Assembly (NCBI RefSeq): GCF_037042905.1
Contig: NC_087250.1
Location: forward strand, 17,486,001-17,546,000
Reading direction: 5' to 3'
DNA: 60,000 bases
Source: Lytechinus pictus
Taxonomy: Eukaryota
The notes under the pieces were generated by a model. It ran no database searches. It was given only the letters and a program-made list of their open reading frames with translations, and was not told where the DNA came from. The translations under genes and the position numbers were made by a program. Below, one piece after another: positions 50,795-60,000 of this stretch; the first letter of the stretch is position 1; every line of letters starts with the position of its first letter.

Positions 50795-51012
50795 ATACAA
50801 AGAGGATAAATATCCAGTTATAATAGATGGAGATTTTAATATGATTAGAGAAACTGAGTTTGATTATAACAGACAGTCTCTAAATAGGGTTTTGAAGAGA
50901 TGTAACAAAAAGATTGACAAATTAATGAATCGATTGGAAATTTGGAGATTAGACTCCTATTAATAAGACAATATACTTATGCAAAAGAACCCTTTGTGCA
51001 AAGTAGACTTGA
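50795..51012 (+). mobile_element. Decayed L1/Tx1-type LINE endonuclease fragment
   Basis: YPVIIDGDFN...LEIWR...(stops)KYTY...VQSRL matches APE-endonuclease motifs GDFN, D.WR, YT and SRLD. Confidence 0.65.
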
Positions 51013-51183
51013 AGGGATTGACTTTTTAAAACAGCGATAGATAAAAACACCAAATTGCAAATACATGTACTTCAGAAAAATTGAAAAATACTTGATCAAT
51101 TAAAAGCACAGTTGTGTATTATATGAAAGCAAAAAGGAAAACACCTAACAAATTTGATTCAATTTTATCTTTCTTTCTTTTAG

Positions 51184-51287
51184 GTAAGGTTCCTCTTCAG
51201 TTGGTTGGTAAGAAGTCACTGGAGCCATCATCCATAGAGACGTTCTCATTAGAAGCCCCTGACGTTGGAGAGGTCCACAAAGTTGAG
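51184..51287 (+). CDS. LOXHD1: LOXHD1-like exon 36 (PLAT 13)
   Basis: KVPLQLVGKKSLEPSSIETFSLEAPDVGEVHKVE; phase 1-0. Confidence 0.9.
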
Positions 51288-51634
51288 GTATGTATTGGTC
51301 ATGGATCATATCAAACATCACAAATTGGCAACTCAAAACTGAAATATAAAAATGTTCATAGAAGTTTTTAGAGCCATCATCCTTTGAGATGTTTGCATTA
51401 GAAACCCCTCATGTCGGAGAGGTCCATAAATTTGAGGTATGTATTAGTCATGGGTCCTATCAGTATTGCAAATTGGCAACTCGAAACAAATTTTTTTTCA
51501 AAAAATCCATAGAAATGGATGATGCATTTTGAAATCTATGTTTTTATAAATGATCTTTAAATTGACCATGATGACATCATGTATTTTTTTTTTTTCAAAT
51601 TTGCTCAATCTCTGATTTCCCGACTCCTCCTTAG

Positions 51635-51818
51635 ATTGGCCACGATGGCGTCACCCCTCAGGAAGGCTGGTTTCTCGAGCAGATGGAGATAGACACGCCC
51701 ACCCTCGGCAAACACTACCTGTTGCCATGCCGACGGTGGTTGTCACGTGACAAAGATGATGGCCAGACTTCCCGTATGCTGATTGTTGAAGACGGCCAGA
51801 AGGTTGAATATAAACCGA
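51635..51818 (+). CDS. LOXHD1: LOXHD1-like exon 37 (PLAT 13)
   Basis: IGHDGVTPQEGWFLEQ...LPCRRWLSRDKDDG; phase 0-1. Confidence 0.92.
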
Positions 51819-52284
51819 GTAAGTTTTGATTTCTCATTCCTTTGCCTTCCTTGCAAATAAAGAAAAATAAAATGTTTTTCAATTCTCAGTAGTGCTTAGA
51901 GCAGTCGGGTTTGAGGTCAAATGAGTTGATACATTGAACCTCTACTGCTACAGATTTATGTCACAATTACTATTCATAGTTAAACCAAAGCTGTATACCA
52001 GAGTTTAGATTAAACTCAACTTCAGAGATAAATGGCCAATGTAATTTCTTATATTTAAATATATGTAATCCTTGTATTTTCTTTGAATCAAGATTTCCAT
52101 ATTGCACCATTGATACTGATAATTATGTTATAGATAAGAACTATAGCCATTTATTTTTGCTTTGCCAGTATAAAAGTAAGGGGAGAAACTGATTATTACA
52201 ATTGTTGAATGAATGTGTAAAATTGCAATATTAGCATGCTAAGGGTCAGGGTCGCTTAAGTTGATTATAATTTATTCATTGCAG

Positions 52285-52445
52285 AAATCACGTATGAGTT
52301 GGTGCTTTTCACGGGAGACGTTCAGAACGCTGGTACCGATGCCCAGGTTTCACTGACAGTGTTTGGAACAAACGGTTCTAGCAATGAGATTTTCCTTGAT
52401 AAGAATGGAGATAGATTCGAGAGAGGCAGAGAAGACTTGATCAAG
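52285..52445 (+). CDS. LOXHD1: LOXHD1-like exon 38 (PLAT 14)
   Basis: ITYELVLFTGDVQNAGTDAQV; phase 1-0. Confidence 0.92.
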
Positions 52446-52996
52446 GTAAAACTTTCTTAACCCGTAGAATATTTATGAGGTCAAGATTGATCTCTTATTT
52501 TAATCTTCAAATTGGCAATAGTACTTTTTTATTCAGTTTCAAACTTTGTATCAAATAATGTAGGATATAATATGAATAGAAATTAATGATATCCAAAGTG
52601 CAAAAGGATGTTTCCTATTCACACTTTTATGTGGTGATTTTGTTGTTATCCTGTTGCCAATTTAGAGTATTTGATTTCATGATTAGCTTTTAAGACCTGA
52701 TCTAGGTAAAGTACTCTTAACCCACATAGGTACACAGCTGTCATAAGTTCAAAGTTATTCTGCTTTGGTACTCAAATTGGCCACAATCTCTTTTTTTTTT
52801 CATTTTCATACTTTAAAAAAAATCATGCATAGATTTAACACCACTCAAAATAGATGATAATAGCATATATTAACATGTTTCTAATTCACATTTTTAAACA
52901 GTGATTTTGTTGTTATCACATTGCCAATATGAAGTGTTAATATTGATTTTTTTATTACTTGGGTTATTTTCAATCATCATATTTTTCTCTTTTCAG

Positions 52997-53083
52997 CTTG
53001 AACTAGAGGACATTGCCCCACTAAAGAAAGTCAGGATAGGACACAATGGCAAGGGAAGCAGAACTGATTGGTATTTAAATAAG
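52997..53083 (+). CDS. LOXHD1: LOXHD1-like exon 39 (PLAT 14)
   Basis: LELEDIAPLKKVRIGHNGKGSRTDWYLNK; phase 0-0. Confidence 0.92.
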
Positions 53084-53752
53084 GTAAGAAAAATATCACC
53101 TTTTATATAATGGAATATCCCAATGTACACATACATGTACTAAGGATGGATGAGTCAATGTAAAGAATAGGGGTGCTTGATTCTCAAGAGGTTATAATGG
53201 CAGATGTAGCTGAAGAGACTGATTATCTAAACAAGATAAAAAATATCACCTTTCATAGAATGGAATATCCCAAGTATACACATACAAAAACAAGTTGGAT
53301 GAGTCAATGTAAGTAACAGGGGTGCTCATTACTTGAAGTTAGAATGGCAGCTCAAGAGACTGATTATCTTAATAGGGTATCACCTGTTATAGATTAGGAT
53401 ATCCCAATGTGCACATACAAGTATACAAGTGATGGATAAGTCAATTTAATGATATAGGGATGGTGCTTTTATTATGAGGTTACTACTATGTTAACAGAAG
53501 GAAATAGAATGCACTTTTTTCTTTATGTGTAACAAAATATCACATTTTTTATAATGAAGTCACCAAGTATATATTAAAAATGACAAAGGTTGTAGCTCAG
53601 ATTAGGAAATAAATGTATCACCTTTTATTAAATTGAATATCCTTTGATATGTTTACAAATTACAAGATTGGTGATTTTAAACAATCAATCTATCCATCAA
53701 TCAAATTACAATCTTCCTATAACTTTCCATATTTCTCTCTATCATCGTGAAG

Positions 53753-53885
53753 GTGACTTTGAGGAACATGGAGACCGGTGACCTGACGACCTTCAAATGT
53801 GAAGGTTGGCTGTCAAAGACGATGGGAGATAAGAAAACAGTTAAAGAGCTTGCTGCTATTGTCAAAGGAAAAGCACAGGTCAAAA
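53753..53885 (+). CDS. LOXHD1: LOXHD1-like exon 40 (PLAT 14)
   Basis: AAG-type acceptor; VTLRNMETGDLTTFKCEGWLS; phase 0-1. Confidence 0.88.
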
Positions 53886-54002
53886 GTAAGTCACACTTCA
53901 GGATGTTAATTGATAAGTAAGTAATGATAAATGATAAATCCATAATTTATTGTTCGAAATAGTCATGAAATGAAATACTCCGAAAATTTGCTTTGCCCAA
54001 TT

Positions 54003-54190
54003 GATCGTGGGCCCGGCAGCCGCTGTGCAGCGCCAGATCGACGAGGCTCTATCCCTTTAATCGTTGAACGCCAAACAGGGTAGCAGCAACCCCCATCTTT
54101 TAACGTCTTTTGGTCTGAAGCGGCCGGGGTTTGAACCCCCGACCTCCCGTTTGTGAGACGGACGCTCTACCAACTGAGCCAACACACCGG
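54003..54190 (-). mobile_element. tRNA-derived SINE (family 2)
   Basis: TGGCTCAGTTGGTAGAGCG (A box) and GGTTCAAACCCC (B box) followed by a non-tRNA body; CAATTG on both flanks. Confidence 0.7.
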
Positions 54191-54781
54191 TCAATTGGCC
54201 TTATTTAGTGCATACATTGATAAAAGTTTCAAATAATAAATGTGTGCTTTGCTATAGGGCACAACTTGGAATGTTAGTGGCACTTAAAGTCATTCTTAAA
54301 TCAATAGATTGCCAGCAAGGGAGTGTCTGAGTATCAAATCATTATTTTTTTTAAGGGGAAACCGTAGTGAACAGGGACAACAAAATTATGATTTTAAATT
54401 TAATGAAATAGTAGACTTGGGTCGTATTAATTTCAAATTGGATGACATTAAAGTATTGATTTAGTAGACCCTAGGTTAACTTAGAGCACACATTTTATGG
54501 AGTGCCAGTTGTCGACTCATTCACCAAGTACCAATTTTTAAACTTGCAATTAAACGTCTTTTATTGATTTGTTTTATAAAATTAGACATAAAAGGGTAAT
54601 ATATTATCATTCAATGAATTTCAGTGAAGTAATTATTACATTATAATTTCTATGATTGTTGAATTATGGAAGATCAAACCTAGGATTCCATATACGTATG
54701 GACTAAAATGCTTGTCAGTCAAGACTTAAACCCAAGTTTATTTACAGAATATCATCCTGTGTTAATCTCTCTTTGATTCAG

Positions 54782-55009
54782 ACTCAAACTACAAGATAAT
54801 TGTCAAGACGTCGGACAAGCGGGGCGGTGGAACCGATGCTAACGTATCGATGGTCCTCTTTGGTCAGAATGGGGCATCTGATGAACTGAAGTTAAAAGAA
54901 TCGCAGACGCACCGGGACAAGTTTGAACGCAATCAGGAGGATATTTTTGTCTTCTCCATGTTGAGTCTTGGAGATTTGATCAAGCTTAGGATATGGCATG
55001 ATAATGCAG
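54782..55009 (+). CDS. LOXHD1: LOXHD1-like exon 41 (PLAT 15)
   Basis: [20 protein letters not shown]...LRIWHDNA; phase 1-1. Confidence 0.92.
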
Positions 55010-55124
55010 GTTAGTAGATGCATTTAGTTGGTTCTTTTCTCTTTTTGTCTCTGACTCGACAAAGGATGTAGTATGAAAGATGGACAGTGGCAAACAGTTA
55101 TGATATTCTCCCAAAGTCGTCTAT

Positions 55125-55600
55125 TATTATTATTATTATTATCATCATAACAACCATTTTCTTCATCATCATCATCATATCATCACCACCATGACCATCA
55201 TCACCATCATCATCACTATCATCACCATCATCATCACCATCATCAACATCATTTGTCATCATCATCACCATCATCATTATCATCATCACCATCATCATCA
55301 CCATCATCATCATCATTATCATCATCACCATCATCATCACCATCATCACCATCATCATCATCGCCATCTTCACCATCACCATCATCATCATCAACAACAT
55401 CACATCATCTTCATTATCCCCATCATTATCATCGTTACCATAATTACCATCATCATCATCAACCTCGCTATAACCATCACCATTATCATCAACATCATGA
55501 TCACAATCATCATCACCGTCACCATTTCCATCATCAAAATTATCATCATTGTCATCACCATCACCACTTTCATAATCATCATCATCATCTTTATCATTGT
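55125..55600 (+). repeat. (CAT/CAC)n microsatellite
   Basis: Directly visible. Confidence 0.9.
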
Positions 55601-55693
55601 TTATTTGGGATTTCAACAGAGTACAAAAAATGATAACATTACAAAATATGATGCCTTGTTTTTCTAACAAACATTGTTTTCCTTTCTTTACAG

Positions 55694-55867
55694 GTCTAAA
55701 GGCAGGCTGGCATGTGGATAACGTGAAGGTCTTTGACGAGACGGCTGGAAAGGACTACTCCTTCCCGTGCTCAAGATGGCTGGCGAGGGACGAGGAAGAT
55801 GGACAAATTATGAGAGAACTACTCTGCTCCAATGCACTCACTCCTAGGGATGACAAGGAGAAAGTCA
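55694..55867 (+). CDS. LOXHD1: LOXHD1-like exon 42 (PLAT 15)
   Basis: LKAGWHVDNVKV...FPCSRWLARDEEDGQIMREL; phase 1-1. Confidence 0.92.
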
Positions 55868-56605
55868 GTAAGTTTAAAGTGGAATAGCCTTCCTGTGGTG
55901 TGGTTGTGCATCAAAACTGGATTACTCCATTGTTCAATAGGTGTTGTTGGAGGTACTTGTAGGTAGGGAGAAAAATGATGGACAAATTATGAGAGAAATT
56001 CTCTGCTCTAATGCACGCAGGTAGCCGTGCTAAAGCCGGGGTAATAATAACATTATCATGTTAAAGGAGGGCCCGCTGGGAGAACCGTTTTCAGAACTGA
56101 ATTGGCTACCCTGGGTAAAATATGTTATTATTATTATTATTCACTCTTAGGGATGACAAGGAGAAAGTCAGTAAGTACATCCCTATTCTTTAAAGTGGAA
56201 TAGCCTTTCTATACTCTAGTTGTGTACAAAACTGGATGACTCCCATTATTCTATAGGTATAGAGCTAGGAAGGGAGGAAAGTGAATGGGTTGAAAGAAGA
56301 TAGTGAAACCCCTATGTTATGAAGTGGATCAGTCTTACTTACACTTGATTCAAACAATGATACTGGGTTTTCCATTTCATAAACAGTGAAATAAGACAAA
56401 AGGATTTGAGCATTTTGGGGCTAAATAATCGCCCCCCCCCCCCTGTGGCAACAAAATATGCATAATTATGTACACGACATCTGCATTTGGATTGTATCAT
56501 GATATAATTGAAACCTCTTCTGAGAATATGAGATTTTATATTTCTCTGTATATTGATGAACATCAAACAATCTCCCCCCCCCCACACCTCTTTTTCACCA
56601 TATAG

Positions 56606-56744
56606 CATATGACATCACCGTTACGACGACCGACAAACGGGATGCGAGTACCACTCAGAATGCTTACATCATACTAGAAGGGGATAGACGTACTTCTAGA
56701 GAGTTCCTGATGGAGAATTCACCAAAGAGAAAGATTTTGAGAAG
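56606..56744 (+). CDS. LOXHD1: LOXHD1-like exon 43 (PLAT 16)
   Basis: YDITVTTTDKRDASTTQNAYIILEG; phase 1-2. Confidence 0.9.
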
Positions 56745-56859
56745 GTCAGTGAATGGAGGTTTTGTTTTCTTGTTTATTCACATGTGTAATATATATAAGA
56801 GGACGTATTTTACTTGATGGATTGTTTTTCATGTGATAATTGATTTCTTACAAAATTAA

Positions 56860-57356
56860 AGGGGAAGTTTACCCTGACAAAAAGTTTATTTTTAAAATAG
56901 CAGAAAAAATAATAAAAAATATTGACCAAGGTTTGAGAAAAATCCATCAAAGAATAAAAAAGTTATGAGAATTTTGATTATTTGTTTTGTGACGTCATAT
57001 GCGAGCAGCTTTCATGCATAATGTATTGTGAAAAATCAATTGATTGTCATTTTCTCAGAAAATTGAAAATGGTTTTTACTGTACATTCAGTATATCAATA
57101 CTCAAATCACTTCACACCCGTTTCTTAAAAGAAAACTAAAATAAGTCATCACGAACCATTACAAATTTGAAATTTATGCTTATTATATTACATAGCATAT
57201 GGGGCAGCTGCTCGTTAATGACGTCACAAATCCAAAACTTATAATTCTTATAACTTCAATAACTTTCAATAGATTTTCCTCAAACCTTCACAAATGTTTT
57301 TTATCATTTTTTCTGTTATTTTTACAACAAACGTTTGTTCAGGGTGAACTTAACCT
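56860..57356. mobile_element. MITE with TTAA target duplication
   Basis: TTAA|AGGGGAAGTTTACCCTGAC ... TTCAGGGTGAACTTAACCT|TTAA, with long inverted arms. Confidence 0.75.
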
Positions 57357-58060
57357 TTAATTCCTTTAGATATTGTTTTGATTCAGCTATTAAAAGATTA
57401 TGTAATTGCTTGATGGAATGAATGAGTGGATGATATGATGACTCATTGATAGTGAATTTACAAGAAGCACTGTTAACACTGGTTGGTGGTTGAATAGATT
57501 GAGAAATTAAGATCCATAGAAAATATCAAAATAATAAAAAGATCCCCCCTTCTCTCTTTATAATCACATGATTTGCATTTTATTTTTAATGATATGTTTG
57601 AAAAAACTTGAGGAAAAAAATGAATATTTATTTATTTACTGATTGGTCGGATGATGAATGAAGTAAGAAATAATTGAGAGCCATAGAAATAAAATAATAA
57701 AAAGATCCCCCTATATTTTGAACCATGTGATTTGCATGATATTTTTACTGATACATTCATTAAAAATCTTGAAGGAAAAGAAATTATTTGCTGATTGGTT
57801 GGTTAATGAATAAAGAAAGATTGAGGTCCATAGAAATAAAGTTACAAAAAGATTCTGCCATATTACTTTAATCATGTGATTTGCATCCCCTTTTTCCTGA
57901 TATGTTCATTAAAAAACACGAAGGAAAAAAAAGAGGAAGGTTGATTTTCCCCCATTTATTTTTATCTTGTGATATGCCGTATATTTTTACCGATATATTC
58001 TTTTAAAAACTTGAAGAAAAAAAAATTTGTTTATTTTCTGATTGGTTGGTTTGTTTCCAG

Positions 58061-58228
58061 AGGAGAGACGGACAATTTCAAATTCACCACGAGAACTGTG
58101 GGTAAAATTGACAGTATCGTCCTGGGTCACAAGGAGAGAGGTGATGGGTCACGACCTCAAGGTCAAGGTCGCGATGTTGATTGGCATTGTCATGAGGTCG
58201 TCATCACAGATAGCAACGACGGTTCCAA
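58061..58228 (+). CDS. LOXHD1: LOXHD1-like exon 44 (PLAT 16)
   Basis: GETDNFKFTTRTVGKIDSIVLGH...WHCHEVVIT; phase 2-2. Confidence 0.9.
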
Positions 58229-58253
58229 GTAAGTCCTAAAACTTTATTCTAGA

Positions 58254-58623
58254 CAGTGCTGGTCGATATTTGATTTCAATGTTAGTCGATTCTCGCCAGC
58301 AAAATAGCCGAGTCTGAGAATTCATTATATATGTTCATTATGATCCGCAGTTTGCTGAGAGCAGGGAGGGGGGAGTGGAAGTGAGGCATTCACCGGTGTT
58401 TGTCCATAAAAAGCAGGCTTTTGGGTAACAACTTTACAAAGTTCAAAGTTGGTTTAAAGCAAAACAGAACAGCATATCGGTCATGATTATCTTTTCATAA
58501 TTGAAAATATTTTGGTAATATCATGTACCTGCGATATATCAACATAATGAAACCATTATTGAATATTTAATATTTTTTCAATATCACATGATTTCAATAA
58601 TATTGAGATATCGCCCAGCACTA
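58254..58623. mobile_element. hAT-like MITE
   Basis: CAGTGCTGGTCGATAT ... ATATCGCCCAGCACTA; imperfect 8-bp TSD ATTCTAGA/ATCCCAGA. Confidence 0.6.
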
Positions 58624-59000
58624 ATCCCAGATGATTTTTTTTTCTTAATACTGAAACATCTTTTGTCATGCAGATAAATCTTCTTTTATTTCCACTGTTT
58701 CTAGTACCATTTGGTCTTATTTCCAGATAGTCTATTAAAGAGCACTCTCAGTTTACCTCAAAGTACTCCACAGGGAGTGGAGTGTGCATTATATACAATT
58801 ACCATAGTAACAGTACCTCTCAGCCAATCAAAATCAAGGAAAGTTGTCAGATCTGATGACATGTCAGACGAAAATGTTGGTGAAACGCTCCCCTGGACTT
58901 GTCAGATAAAACGCCCGACAAGTCCTTTCATGAAACGCTCCCCAGAAAACTGCTTGAGGCCAGTTTGCATATGTCACATTTTGTTTTCTTGATTTATCAG

Positions 59001-59107
59001 ATACGTCTTTCCATGCAAGAACTGGGTCACTTTTAGCAATCGTAAAGATGAAGCGAGGAGATTGCAATGTAAAAAGATGGAGGAAGGCATGGTAGCAGCA
59101 ATAAGAA
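59001..59107 (+). CDS. LOXHD1: LOXHD1-like exon 45 (PLAT 16)
   Basis: YVFPCKNWVTF; phase 2-1. Confidence 0.9.
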
Positions 59108-59257
59108 GTAAGTCACAGTTAAATGTTTATGTGAATTAATTATCATAGATGTGAATTAATTATCATAGATATGAAAGAAATATTTGGAGGCTGTCCCTCC
59201 TCCACACATTACAAGTTCTTTCAAGAAACAAGAAAAATCTGGCCCCATTGATTATCT

Positions 59258-59535
59258 AGTGGTCTAGTGGTTCTGACTCTCGCCTTTCAAACAGAGGGTC
59301 GTGGGTTCGGATCCTAGCCATGGCGTTTTTTCCTTCAGCAAGAAATTTACCCACACTGTGCTGCACTCGACCCAGGTGAGGTGAATGGGTACCCGGCAGG
59401 GTTAATTCCTTGAATGCACGAGCGCTGAAAGGAAGCTTGAGTTAAAGTCAGGGTAATAATGATAACACCAATGCGCCTCGGAATTGATTGTTTCTAGATA
59501 GATGGCGCTGTACAAACGCCTATTATTATTTTTAT
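59258..59535 (+). mobile_element. SINE family 1
   Basis: GTGGTCTAGTGG...GGTTCGGATCC head, core and (ATT)n tail. Confidence 0.75.
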
Positions 59536-59663
59536 TATTAATAATGATGATTGAGTTATGAAAAATTATGATTTCAATCCATCATTATGAAATATGATTC
59601 TTTAATGATGATGAAACACATGATGATTTTTTATAACTGTTCCATAATTATTATTCAACTCAG

Positions 59664-59816
59664 ATCTTGCGCCGGTGCAATACGAAGTGATTGTTGTAAC
59701 GTCAGATGAGAAGGGAGCTGGGACGGACGCTAACGTCACTCTCACCATCTATGGCAAGAATGGCGACTCCGGAAAACAACCACTCAAACAACGATTCAGG
59801 GATCTCTTTGAGAAAG
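59664..59816 (+). CDS. LOXHD1: LOXHD1-like exon 46 (start of PLAT 17; gene continues)
   Basis: [33 protein letters not shown]...FEK|gtaagg. Confidence 0.92.
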
Positions 59817-59880
59817 GTAAGGCTTACAATGAAAATCTCTGGTAATGTTGCTTTTGTTTTGCCAGTTTTGTTGTTGTTAA

Positions 59881-60000
59881 AGGTCAAGTCCACCTCAGAA
59901 AAATGTTGATTTGAATCAATAGAGAAAAATCAGACAAGCAAAATGCTGAAATTATCATCAAAATCGGATGTAAAATAAGAAAGTTATGACATTTTAAAGA
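59881..60000. mobile_element. Start of a TTAA MITE (family of 6483-7073), cut by the window end
   Basis: TTAA|AGGTCAAGTCCACCTCAGAAAAATG is the reverse complement of the 7073 end. Confidence 0.75.

Larger units (their letters stand above)
9206..59816 (+). other. LOXHD1: LOXHD1-like multi-PLAT domain gene, 46 coding exons traced, 3' end outside window
   Basis: Repeated PLAT/LH2 signatures ([52 protein letters not shown]) across GT-AG exons whose phases join without stops. A protein made mainly of tandem PLATs is the LOXHD1 architecture. Confidence 0.9.

Noticed and set aside
14438..59816. Lipoxygenase or polycystin (PKD1/REJ) identity
   Set aside because: No catalytic lipoxygenase domain or transmembrane segments appear among the traced exons, only tandem PLATs.

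Overview
AT-rich animal genomic DNA. The repeat content suggests a deuterostome invertebrate, probably a sea urchin (inference). Almost the whole window is one + strand spliced gene encoding a LOXHD1-like multi-PLAT/LH2 protein. I traced 46 phase-compatible GT-AG coding exons (9206/9234 to 59816; about 2,445 codons). They encode a non-PLAT N-terminus, 16 complete PLAT domains and the start of a 17th, and the gene continues past the window end. RFX X-box motifs mark two candidate promoters. Introns contain MITEs, two near-identical Helentron-associated (HINE-like) elements, tRNA-derived SINEs, LINE fragments, microsatellites and a ~455-bp tandem array. The most unusual patterns are: (1) degenerate tandem 'echo' copies of exon ends together with their splice sites beside at least 8 exons; (2) a dense excess of TACATGTA-type short palindromes resembling transposon excision footprints; (3) a HINE repeat unit built from stacked nuclear-receptor response elements; (4) an FSIP2/ERICH3-like motif joined to the PLAT array; (5) a candidate in-frame cassette exon inside PLAT 6. 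No prokaryotic features, CRISPR arrays or intact tRNA/rRNA genes were seen. All coordinates were derived by hand.
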